Notes under the pieces: generated by a model
What the model was told of the DNA's origin: nothing
Database searches by the model: none
The model's input: the letters and a program-made list of their open reading frames with translations, nothing else
Source: Tubiluchus corallicola
Lineage: Eukaryota; Animalia; Priapulida
Assembly (NCBI GenBank): GCA_030141605.1
Contig: JAQGDQ010000518.1
Coordinates: 62,001 to 126,000, forward strand
Length of the DNA: 64,000 nt
Direction: 5' to 3'
Translations under genes and position numbers: made by a program
Shown here: in pieces, positions 15,024-28,383 of the stretch
How the letters are laid out: the number at the start of each line of letters is the position of its first letter
Numbering within the stretch: the first letter of the stretch is position 1

Positions 15024-15250
15024 CTAGTAGTAGTGGTGGTGGTGGTGGTGGCGGTGGTGCTGGTGGTGGTGGTGGCGGTGATGGTGGTGGCGGTGGTGCT
15101 GGTGGTGGTGGTGGCGGTGGTGGTGGTAGTGGTGGTGGTGATGGTGGTGATGGTGGTGGTGATGGTGATGGCGGCGGCGGTGGTCGTGGTCATGGTGACT
15201 AGGATGGATGATGATGATTATGATGATGACAACGACGACGAAAATGATGA
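15024..15250. repeat. (GGT)n / (GAT)n microsatellite
   Basis: Direct reading; it explains the poly-V/G/T/H ORFs in the track. Confidence 0.93.
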
Positions 15251-15884
15251 TTACAACATAAATTACCTGTAATACAAGGTAAGACATTACCAAAATACGA
15301 ATACGTTACAAGGAAACTTAGAAGTGTCAAGGGAAGTGAAATCAATAGAAATTATCGGATGACAGTGGAAATAAAAATCGTTCGATGTCCAAATAAATAC
15401 AGCAACGTGTAGGGATAGGCAATGCGCAAAAACTCTTATTTACTCCACATCAGTTCTCGAAATTTTAATATTTTAGCTAACAATTTCAGTTTCCGTGTTG
15501 GCAGAAATAGTTCAAGAAAATCTGTTGCCTATTTATTTTTATACTGTCTGTGTTATGGCGTAGCATTAGGTTATTATTTGTTGCACTTTGGCAGCTGTCT
15601 CTGTTTCACGTCCATTGCCCAGGCCATTTCAAGATCACCCCCCCCCCCCGTTTGTTTTTGATAAACTCGGGAGAAGCCAAAAATTCGATAATAAACGAAT
15701 ACATTAGCTTTTCAACATGCTGTTTTTAAGTTGAGGCAACGGTTCCCACAAAAAATGCCATTATCAATGTTACACGTTAAGTAAAAAGAAATAATCGGTA
15801 AATTTATGCTAGTGCAACTAAGAATTCACAAAAAATCATTACAAAATCAAAATATTTGTAGTTATTTGTTTACAGGTAACTTAA

Positions 15885-16551
15885 ATCACAAGAAAACCCT
15901 CCATATGTATGAAGCTTGAAAAATTCGTTTTGAAATTGTATACCACTTACATACTGCTTTTTACGTACAGGACTTCAATTGGCAGTAATGCTGTATAAAA
16001 CATGTAAATTTAAATTCCAGCAATAACCGTTAGACGCCGCCATTTTGACGACAGGTCATTTGAAACAAATTTAGACAAACTTTGAAAAAATAATCAGAGC
16101 ATTTGTAGCGCACACGTCACTAAATGAGTAAACTTTTAAATTACTGTATCTTGCCAATAAAATAAAAAATACGTTTTTGGTTTACGAGTGATGCACCCTG
16201 AAGGATGAGTCAGCGACATTTTATCAATTGGTGAAAACATTTTCGATAATTAATAATTTTCTTTTCTAGTTACCTGAGTCTTTCCAGCAGGTAAGCGAAA
16301 TGCTAAGTAATATAGATTTGCATTGAAATTTTTTGAGACATAATTTAACATTTCATTTTCTTCCCCTGATTTACGTTGTGCGTGTATGACGTCATGTAAT
16401 GGCGCTGTCGGAATTGCGGGAGATTTAAAATGAAAACAAGTAAAAATTCCTTTCCACGCGAGTACAATATATGCATAAAATTGCTATAAAGTAATATAAT
16501 TTTTAAGGCGATTTTTGTGAAACCTACTTCAGGTACCCCTTTCATTGTCCT
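15885..16551. mobile_element. Kolobok-like non-autonomous element, family B
   Basis: Inverted, diverged copy of 44099-44752; ends ...cattgtcct. Confidence 0.7.
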
Positions 16552-17384
16552 TTGAGGTTCACTCTTTTTGATTTTATAATGACTTTTTGTTCTTTGCTAC
16601 TTTTAGTGACTTTGTAGTGTTTGCTGTGCATTGTTAGTTGCAGTATCATGAATGTACTGATTATTTCTTTTGGTTTAAATTTTAGCATTTTTTGAAAACA
16701 CTACCCTCTACACTCAATAAACAGCATCTTGATTTGTAGACACTGGCTATTACATGTACAATTTGTACATTGGAGATCCTTTCTATTAGTGGCCTTTGAT
16801 ATCTCAGGAGGAAGCGAAGCAGCTGGTCGCTCTCAATTCAATCTGATTCATGGAATGAATGAACGAAGAAGCAAAGAAGCAAATTGCAGACAGGTAGAAA
16901 AGTTGACGAGCAGGCAGCACGATGAAAAAATAGACAACATGAAAACAAACATGCAAACAATCAAGCGAACTCAAACTAATGAACCAAACAACGTCGAAAT
17001 TCTACAGCTAATCAGCAACATAGTCAGTCTACCGGGCTGTCAACAAATCACACGGGCAACTAACAAAACGGCTAACCAATTGACCAGAAAAAACAATTGA
17101 ATCAGTGAACAAACGAACGAACGAACGAACGAACAAACAATCAAATAAGCGAAGAAATTAATGAATGGACTATTGAATTTAACTAGCACACGGGCTAACA
17201 AATCAGTAAATAGCAGACAAGCAGACATTGTTATAAACATCCGATTTTATGCATAGTAACGTTAAACGTAATGCATGAAAATTAATGGTAAGCATGATTT
17301 TCATGATATCACAAAATGTGATGTCCACTCAAGTGTTAATTAATTTCAAGCCACATGTTATGTGGTTTTTAGCTACGTATTCGC

Positions 17385-17840
17385 ACAACTGTAAGGACAT
17401 GTTCTCTGACCTCTAGACACGCGTTCTGTGACCTGTAGGCACATAATCTACGATGTACGTTCTTTAGCCAGCCTCGTGTTTTGAACTGTAGGGACATGTT
17501 CGCTCTGATCTCTAGACAGGTGTTCTGTGACATACAGGCACATAATCTCCATTCTTTAGCCACCGTCATGTTCTGAACTGTAGGGACATGTTCTCTGATC
17601 TCTAGACACGTGTTCTATGACCTATAGGCACATAATCTACGTTCTTTAGCCACCGTCATGTTCTGAATTGTAGGAACATGTTCTCTGATCTCTAGACACG
17701 CGTTCTGTAACCTATAGGCACATAATCTACGTTCTTTAGCCAGCCTCGTGTTTTGGACTGTAGGAACATGTTCTCTGATCTCTAGACACGTGTTCCGTGA
17801 CCTACAGGCACATAATGTACGTTCTTTAGCCACCGTCATA
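17385..17840. repeat. 90-bp tandem repeat (about 5 copies) built from roughly 20-bp sub-repeats; degenerate tail to about 18020
   Basis: ttctctgatctctagacac recurs at 17591, 17681 and 17771. Confidence 0.9.
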
Positions 17841-18974
17841 TATTCTGTGGCCTTCAGACACAGGTGGGGGATTCAGTAAACTCTAGATACATGTTCTTTG
17901 TCTCAATGCACACGATCTGCATTCTTTAGACATATGTTTTGTGATCTTTGAGCACATGCTCTGTGAAATCTAAGCGCATATTTTATAATTTCTACAGCCA
18001 CCTTCTCTACATCTAAGTACAAGTCTAACTTGGTTATATCAAATGGTATCGACTGCCTCTCTTACGTTGTGAAATTTCAGGAAAATTTCTTTTGAGCTTG
18101 TCTTCCCATCTTAATTTTTCTGAATATTTGAAATTTACGTAAATTGAGTAACTTGTAGATTCATTACACAATACTACAGTAAGCCACACAGTTTAAACAA
18201 GATTCCATTTAGCCTAATGACATGAGCTTCTTGTACCAACATAGGAAACGTTTTAAAGAAAAAGAAAAACCACTAGAAATGCTAGAGTAACTATTATCTA
18301 TTTAAAATTGCATGATTATATTAGTGCAGTTACTTGAAATTATCTGCTTGTGTTAATTTTACCAGTTAAGTAACTTTAAAGGTAAGGCTGAGAATAAACC
18401 TGGCTTCTATGGGTTTAACTCTTGTGATGAATGCAGATCGAAAATTTCTTTACACTACCACACATAAAATATAAACTAAATATAATACTACCATACTGCA
18501 GGAACTGTGGAACTCAACTTTTCTTGATTTCTTGTTCCGTGTTCTAACTGACTAATCATTAATACGTAATCCTAACATGCTGGTTCCATTTATAATGATT
18601 GCTTCTTGAAAGAACTTATAGTTAAGTTAGTACTTTCATAACATCCTTATACCATATAATGCCTGATATGCATATGGCTCATAAGTTTATTGCAATTGTC
18701 AGCTTACAATATCTTTAATGATATTAATCTTGCACACACGTTACACACAGTTTTACTCTTTTGGAGTAATAGCTATATGCGGAGAATAGAATTGGTTCGA
18801 AATTGTGCTTCACAATATTTTCGAGTGTTTGTGGTGTAGCATTGCTTCAACGACAATAGTCAATCCTTTACCAATATACTCAAAATGCTCTGTACCGAAA
18901 CTATCTAGTCGCTCTTTTTTAACAGTAAATCTGCGTTATTGCTTTCGTTTGTATGTAGAGAAAAAGAAAGCAAG

Positions 18975-19044
18975 TGAGAGACGAAAAGAGAGAAAGAGAG
19001 AGAGAGGGGGAGAGAGAGCGGGAGAGAGAGGGGGTGAGAGAGAG

Positions 19045-19128
<84 letters not shown>

Positions 19129-19149
19129 GGGGGAGGGGGAGAGAGAGAG
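18975..19149. repeat. (GA)n microsatellite
   Basis: Direct reading. Confidence 0.95.
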
Positions 19150-19552
19150 ATGTAAATGTAAAATATTTTAAGCTGCGTATCAAGGCAGCCTGTCATTGTG
19201 TTACAGGAGCTCGAAGAAGCTACCTTTATGGTATTTTCCAATAGAAAGTCGCGTCGAGAATATATGAGCGGACATTGGGCCCAGACCAAGTCAGATGTTG
19301 CAGTGAGATCGAGAAGCATTTACACAAAACTAAAACTGCTTTCGGAAAGTTTAACAACATCACGATTTTATGCTGTATGAATAATTATAATTTTCGTACG
19401 CCTCCCGTTTCTCAAGGGATATATATTTCCAAGCGTAGCGTATTTTAATTGTGCATTTACGAGTTGTCATCAGTATAAATAATGGCATGACAGGCCTAGT
19501 ACACATTACCCCACTTCAGTAATTTTCAGAGTATGTAGTTTCCGTGTAGATC

Positions 19553-19921
<369 letters not shown>

Positions 19922-22034
19922 GAGGTAACGGTTCTTTTGTTTACTGACTTCTTGTACTGTAAGGAAATCTCCTAACGTAAAACCATCGCAGAAGTTTGTC
20001 AGACTAATCAGTCTGTTCACGTCCATAATCCTAAATCTATTTGCTTCCAGTATGATTATTCTCTCTATAGCAGGCATCATGCACGAATGCAAAAATCTCT
20101 CGTATTATTTATGGCTATAGACTGTAGGTTTGGCCTAATCGTTTTGCAATGCTGAGGAAAAAGCCATAAATGAGCAAAATAATGATAAAAAATAATTCAA
20201 AGATATAAAACACAGCAAAGGTAGTCGTGTCATGCATTTCAAATATTAATTCTCTCTTTAATTACCGTCGTCAGCCTGTTCCTAGCTGTTCCGCTTACAG
20301 TAATTGCTGCTTTATTTTCAAACATATTAGCGATTGGCATGTCACGTGTTTCTAGACAGGTTGTGTTTATCACTGTAAATTTTAGGGATCAAATAGGACT
20401 TACTATTACGAAAATGTTAAGATCATACATGTTGTTTGTAAGAATTTAGTTGATTGTTCAATTTTAATAAAGGGAGTTAATTTCAAACAGAGGATGTCAA
20501 ACACCTTTCGTCGTCAATTTCTTCAAAATGTAAACAATTTATCATTGGGTGTGTGGCGACCGCCTGGTGACCTTTGGTTTTTGTATTTGTATACAGTAGT
20601 TATTTGTATATTGTAGTATTTTTTAATAATTTTTGTTGCCATATCTTTTATTTTGTACGTTTCCAATAATTGTTTTATAAATGAAAAAAGGGTTAAATTC
20701 ATTAGATTTTGGGCTCTGTTTTCTGTACAGCTAGACTTCTTGGCTTCCTAAAATGCGATTTTTTTCCACTAAGCTGTTCCAAATTCATCTTTACTTCAAA
20801 GAATGAGATGCGCTGAAGCGTATACATAATTCTTACTGCTAAGTAACTTCATCATTCCTATTCTAAATGGGTATGTATGTGTATCATATATTTTTGTCTG
20901 GTGTTTGCTGCAGTTGCTTATTGTCCTTGGTTTTTGTTTAACACCCATTTTTCACTTTCTACAGGTAAAACAAAGCCTAATAGAAACAGAAGCACACCTG
21001 AAATCGAGCACACATTTTTGTATGACGCAGAAATGAACGTTACTTACCTGATATCAAGACGCAAAATAAGAAAAAGAAACAAAATTCTACAAGCTCCATT
21101 AGACAATCGATTGTGTTACACGAGTTATTCCACTGTAGCTGATAATAAAACGCTACACACAATAGTTAAAATAAAATCTACGTTAAATTTCATACTGGTC
21201 ACTAATTATGTTAATGTTAAACAACGCAAACCATCATTAGATGAACAAATTATTTAGTTTTGCGCATTTTCTTTCACTTCATTTTACACGTAATTTTCCG
21301 CGAAGCAATTTTAAGCCAATCGATCAATGTTAATTAAATCAAATCTTTGTTAATTATGTTTCAATCATGTAGTAAAGACGTCAATACTATAATTAAACTT
21401 CCACACTGCGTAGAGATCAGCAAACGTTAGTTGCTCTTTTTCACATGTTAAGCGGTTAATTTACAAACATCGTTACGGTAAGTTTAAAATTGCCGGTATG
21501 GAAATGCGTGATATAACTGCAGGCTATGAGGAGCGGTTTGCGTACCTCACAAGTTGGCTTCACGTTAGTAAATGCGGTAGCACGCTTCGTCGAATCACAC
21601 AGTTTCTACGTATAACACTCGATAAGATGAGGGTAGGATACATTACAGCTCAACAGCAGCCCTAAGTTTTAGAGATGGTCTGCCGTAATGGGCTAAATAT
21701 TTATGTATTTATCATATAATCATCGTGTGACATCTGTACTGCTACTGTAATATTTATAATGAAAAAGTAGCAATTATATATGTACATAATATTATACGGT
21801 ACGTAAAGGACTACGAATTTTCATTATTATTGATGTATGACTTTATATCAAGCACCAAACACATTGAGCAAATTAGTAATATACGCCAGTAAGATATCAG
21901 TACGGTACGGCAGAAGCTTCATTTTAGAGAATTTTTCCTACATCGCATCATAATCTTTAAATAAAGACAATAAATAATTTATTATGGTTATTAGAGTTAA
22001 GTTAATCACACAATAAGATATAGACAAGTCGATA

Positions 22035-22200
<166 letters not shown>

Positions 22201-25200
22201 GGCGGGGCGAGGGAGGAAGGGAGAGATTGGGAAAAGCCAGAAACTACAGAAGCAATTCACAGTTGGATATAATGTACACCTGTTTCATGTTGGATTAAGT
22301 TACAAAACCCGTACCATTCGTTTCGTTCAACAAATCGAGGATAACTTATGCAAACCGCGCAGCACCAATGATATTTTGTATAAACACTTATTATAATCCC
22401 CGTTGCAATTCTAGCCTTGTTTCAACAAACTGATCCCCCAGTTAGAGCTACTTGAGCTCGGTGATTATTGGTTGAGCTTGCCGTGTGGTATGCAGCAACA
22501 TTGCAATGTGTTTACTTCAATTTAGTTACACGCGCCTGTTATAAATAAGAAAAACGTCATTTAAATAGACGCATTCTGCACGAGCGCAGATCTTACCAGA
22601 TTATGACTTAGTTTTTTTTTAATTTGGTCCAAGCATCTCTCTATGTCTAACGCAAACATTGAACTTGCGTTTAATTTAACGGTGCCTCTCAGTAACTTCT
22701 GATCGGAATACTGTTATATGAGGTGGCATGCTCTTCTCCTTCACGCCTTTGCTAAATCGTCCATCAAAACAGCTGCATCAACTTTAGTATTCGCCTTTTT
22801 TAGATAATTTCATGCTCTTAGATCCTCTCGGGTTCTCTTTGCGTAGAGTTAACCACTCTTTCTGTTTTCCTGTTGTGCTAAAGAACCCAGGTACAAGCAC
22901 AGGTCTAGTTGCTTGTCCACATCATGCCACAAGTAACACAATTACAACACATTTTTCTGCTTATATCGATGCCGCTAGTAAAAACAAATGTGTTTTTGGT
23001 ATTTATTTCATCAAAATGTTACGTGACGTAACGTGTTTCTTTTAACATATTGAGTTCTTGATGCGATAACAACACGTTACTTAAAAATCGCGTATGAAAC
23101 ATACAGTATAGAGACAAATTATCAACGCTTTTCACTCCAATCATCTAGTCCAGCATTCCCCAAGCAGTGGCCCGTGGCCCAATGGTAGGCCACGAGGCTC
23201 TTTCCATGTGGGCCATGGGCAATTTTTTGAGCCGCGTGAAAAAGAGCACATCTGGCACATGGGCATGATAGGGGTAGGTGAAATCGTGTTATTGTACAGA
23301 ACTAGACTGACTGTGACATTGAATACATAAACCTAGAGTAGTTTACCTGCTTTGATTAAGTTGAGAACAAGAGAATGTCAAACCGGTTTGAACAAATCAA
23401 TAAAAACAGAAGCATAGGCCGGGAAAACATCAATTTTCGTTTGGCAGTATACTAATACTACAACAATGCCAAAATATAATTACAGTGACCAATTGACCAC
23501 TGCACCAAATTTAACTGTTTTGGCTTCAGAAGCTTTGGAGCCACAATGAAGTGCGTTTGGGCACTTAATATAAACATTGGCGTTTCTCAAGGTCAACTCC
23601 AAGGTCGAGTGTGCCATAATATTGGACATATTAACATCTCTGGCAGTGATAATGATATTAGGCGACTATGATAGCAGCTAGAGCTAATATCCTAATAAGA
23701 ACTTTCAGTCACTGTAGTTTAGAAGTCAAAACTTTGCTATTATACAAGTGTTTATGGTGCGGCCTTTTAGAGAAAGTTATTTGCATTTAAAGTCACAATT
23801 AACAAATGTATAAGGAAATTGTTTTCTCTGCCTTATCGTTGCAGTGCAAGAGAAATGACAGTAAATCTGGCTATCCTTTATTTTGATGAGCTAAGGAAAT
23901 GTACATTTTCCTTAAAATCGTGCCTTGAAATGTGCGGTAATATCGATCTGAGATGCTTCAGGCTCTCTGATGTGTATCATACCTCTAAACTTTACAGCAG
24001 ATGGAGACACATATAAATTATTCTTGTATATCAGAACTCTCTCAGACGTACTTAAATATTCAGGCCTATGTGTTATGTATCATCTACATTATTTTTAAAT
24101 ATTATTTATTAAATAGCAAATGGCTGTTGCCTTGGTGTGCTTTTGGTGATGAGAAACTTGCCTATCCTTTTGTCGCTTTGTGGTCATGTTGTAGGAGCCC
24201 CTGCTCTTACTTTGTCATTGTTGCAGTTGATTTACGTTGTTCTGTGTGTGCTTTGTATTGTGAGTTGTCTGTAGTTATCACTTTAACATCTAAGATCGGG
24301 CAGTCAATGTGACTGGGTCCCCGCTAGGACAGTTTGAGGATAGTAAGTAGGGACCGAAATCTGTATCTTTCCCGGTGCCTCGCCTGATGACCATTTTCCT
24401 TTGGTGGTGTTTCCTTTGTATGTATGTGCCCGTGTAGATTGTATGATTTGCAGTCTTTTTTGTTGTGCTGATGTCATTTAAGTTTAATTACTTTTTATCA
24501 TTAACTGTGAGCAACTAACCGTATGGACGCTTTTACGTCTGAAATAAAATTGAAATTAAAATATGAACTTTCTCTCGCTAGTGCTACCCGTTTACCAGGT
24601 CCTTGCAACGCTTCGATGGGTGCAGTGTGCTTGATGATCACATGTTTAGACTAGGCAACTATTACCAGAGTCGTTTCAAAAGCAGAAAAATTCTTAGCGG
24701 ACATTTGACTAATGACACGAACTCTGGAAACTGGCGGAAAATCGGCAAATGCGTTTTTGACGAAACCCAGGCGCGCGCCCGACCATTCACTAGTTATTAA
24801 CAGACAGACGTCCCGTGTAACATCTGTCTTTTGGTGATTTATACAACACGAGTAGCCCAAACTAAACATCAAATCAAAATAAAGACAAATGTTTATGAAA
24901 AAGACTACCCGCGTTATGCATTGAGAAGTATGGATGGATTGCTAAATTTATGTACAATGTAATTATAATAGGTATGATACGATGCAGTACAGTAAAGTAC
25001 AGTACAACACAATGCAATACGACACAGTCCAGTACAATACAATACAACTGATTACTACATTAAAATAATAATTTTTAATTGGAAAACTATTTGTTAATAA
25101 TGATCAAAGCAAACCGACTATTAGTGAACTTTTAAACAGGAGTTAATCAAACAATGAAATACGAAAGTCGAGATCGGGTTGACAATGAACTAGAGACCTT

Positions 25201-26651
25201 TACACTGGCCATGACCACTTGACCAGCCTCACTATTAGTGGTTAAAATATAAAGTTATAGGGCAGAAGCATGCTGCTTAGTTGGCTTGAACGTAAATGCG
25301 GCCATTTTCAGTCTTGGGCGAAAGTCTATCATATAGTCTAACTTGTAAAGGAGTTATTTAAATATCTCAACGTGCAGAGATATAAACCATTCTAGTAACT
25401 CAATTAATAATATGTAAAAATTAATTTATTCATTAAATATACTTATACTGACAACGTTTACAATGACATAAATTTAAAAATATGATTTACTTAATATAAG
25501 GCAAAATTGATTGTGTATAATTTTTAACCTGAGTAAAAGCTACGTATAGGAGGTTAAACATCATACAGAAATACAATTGATTAACACAAAAACTAATAAT
25601 TTACTGATTTGGTATACTTAATTAGTTTAAATAATCATTATCACAGGTACATACAGGTAAATTAACATGGAAATACATGTGATTACGACAATTAATAATA
25701 ATATTAATGATAATAACCAATAAAAATATTGAAAATTTAAAGGTACAAGATAATGATACTTTCTTCACAGAAGGCACAATTAACAACAACATACATGTCA
25801 CTTTGGTCCAGTCTCTTCCATTGTTCATATAGAAAACATAAATAAACTACTTAAATGAAGACTAAATTTCACCATACATTGTTGTTTAACTAACTTTTTG
25901 AAGCCTTACCATATGTTTTTTTTCTGTAGATGCAAAACTGCTGTCACCTTAAGAATATCAATGCTGTAATACAGTAACTGTTTCTTTTTCAAAATTTACA
26001 ATAGAAAAATAAATTATTTTGATTGGTTGCTTAAAACATGAACAAAAAAACAAAATGGGCTGCTTCTCAATAACATAGATGTGATAAACAAGAAATATCA
26101 CTAAGGATAAGTTAGTGGGGTACATCGTAAATATAGCAAATTTTACCTAAACTCTTCTAGCTGTCTATTAAGCAACTACAAATACAAAAATATACTCATG
26201 CTAGGCATATTTGGCATAAGAAAGACATTCATTAAATACTTTTCTTAAAACTAAAGTGGCCATTTCAGTCCACAACCAACCAAATGATAAATGACTTTAT
26301 TTAACGCTAAAGACCGTCAAAATTTATTAAAAGCCTGGAAACGGGAAGGCGAGACTTGGCGCAAGTTTTCTGGAATCACAATTTAGCAATTTTTGTAATG
26401 GTGCAAACATTAAATGCATCTACAGTAGCTGCAAGTAAGTAGTTTACATAAATAAATGCCATAAATGATAGCAATTTGACATATATAAGAACCTGAAACA
26501 ATGGACCCATCTAGGGAAATATAGGTAGTGCAACTCATACAGCTTGAATTTACAGTCATCCATTACCTGCAAACAAACAACATCTTGATCAGTCATTATT
26601 AATTGACTCATTAATGACGTAATGATTGGAGTTATGCACAGTTATAGCACT

Positions 26652-27287
26652 TTAAAGGAAATCTCTATGGGAAAATAACTGCCGGCATGATGAACTGTAA
26701 TAATAATTCAACAATAGATACTTTATTGTTTCAACAAAGACAGGATGATTTTTCATATACTACCACTTTAATGTACAGTAAATAGTGCACATTTTAACAC
26801 GACTAATACTGCAAAAGGATTTCTGATAATTAAACAATAGATTAAAATCTTAATTAATGGCAGACAAGCTCAACTATTGATGACATCACAAATGAGCAAA
26901 ATTTTTAATAGCAAAAACATTCCTGTTTTGCATGTGTTTGAGAAAGCGAAAATTGAAGTACAGTGCTACTGTAAGTTATTCAGTATTCGGCAAGTTTTAG
27001 TATACAAATGCAAATTTTAAATTTACCGCTGTGCCACGCACAAGCCATCGAACATGTGCAGTATGTCACAAACTAGCACCTCTCAAGTGAGAGGTACAGC
27101 ATCTGTTTTTTGTGCAACGAGTTTCCGAAATACAGGTGCTAGTGCCTGGCTCACTAACGAATGGCGAAATGCATGTAACAGCGAAGAACTAGTGTTGCAA
27201 ACTGCATCTGTGTGGTAATAATTATTTTCTTTCAATATTTTAAAAAATAGCTTGTTTTGACCTACAGTTTAGTCCAGTTTTCCTTTC
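26652..27287. mobile_element. Dispersed repeat family D (Kolobok-like)
   Basis: ttaaaggaaa...tttcctt ends; similar to 9750-10380. Confidence 0.65.
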
Positions 27288-27879
27288 AGTTTGTTAACAG
27301 ATACAATAATAACACAGTTGATATAAACATGAAGGCAAGTCCATCTATTCTTCATTTTAGTAAACAAAGGCTTCATTCATCAAATCGAAATGAGAATTTC
27401 TGAAACAACGAATACCACCCTCCGTGCTGCATGAAGCCACTTCTTGCAATGATATGTTCAGCTGAATAAATTTGTATTCATTACTTAGAACAATTACTGA
27501 AATCAACAGTAATAATTAATTACTAGCGAAGGACCAGCAAAAAATTTTGCGTATAAATCCACTTATAATCAAAAATACGCGAACAACCTACATAGTCCTC
27601 ATGTACAATGCAAAGCCAGCAGCAGCTTTTACTGAATTAAAGTTATAAGGTTATAAACAAAGTATAATGGATGACGTCAGAACAAAGGCTTTGCGTCAGT
27701 AGTTTTCCAAGTGAAAATTGTTAAATATCTCCTTTCGAGAGTCCCGCCAGGTGCCGCTAGAACATTTTTCCGCATGCTGTTTGATTAAAATTTCGAAGAA
27801 ATCGCGAGTTGGTATATATATACCAGCAAAATTAATATATACAAATCAATATGAGAATAAAACCTCTAGTAACAATTGG

Positions 27880-27977
27880 CTACTTCTTCTTGTTTTTCTT
27901 GCCACAAATTCTCATCAAGTTACGTGACATGTAATACGGCTTCTCTTTAGACCCGTCATTTCTTTCACAGTCTTCCA
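27880..27977 (-). CDS. SLC44A2: CTL coding exon 22 ([32 protein letters not shown])
   Basis: LED.ERNDGS.EKPY.MS C-terminal motif; TAG stop. Confidence 0.95.
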
Positions 27978-28348
27978 CTAAGAAAATAATAACACCACAG
28001 TTTTGTAAAATAATAAGCAAGCAAAACATAATCATTTGGGAAATTGTAGGTTTGGGGCTTAATGTCAACTGCTTACTTAGGAAAAACTTAGTATCAGAAT
28101 TGCACAATGTTTTAAAGTCCTTTTGGGATTTGGAAAAATAATACACAGAAGTACAATGTAACCTTCAGGTGCTTACAATTAGAATTTTAGATTAAAATTA
28201 GATTTTTAAAATATTTAGATATGTTTTTGATTAGAAACCATAAATATTGTTATAGCTCATCAAAAATGGCACATGTCATGGCATTATTTGCTGTTATAAT
28301 AAATTACCTAAATAGTTAATAACTCAGAATTATTAGCTCAAAAAAATA

Positions 28349-28383
<35 letters not shown>

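Noticed and set aside
14978-15293. Poly-His/Gly/Val/Thr ORFs, and the ER/SL-repeat ORFs near 18900-19300, 22006 and 52108-52498
   Set aside because: They are translations of microsatellites
27830-27882. Stop-codon readthrough
   Set aside because: TAG CCA is not a recognised leaky context, and the extension would be short with no evident motif
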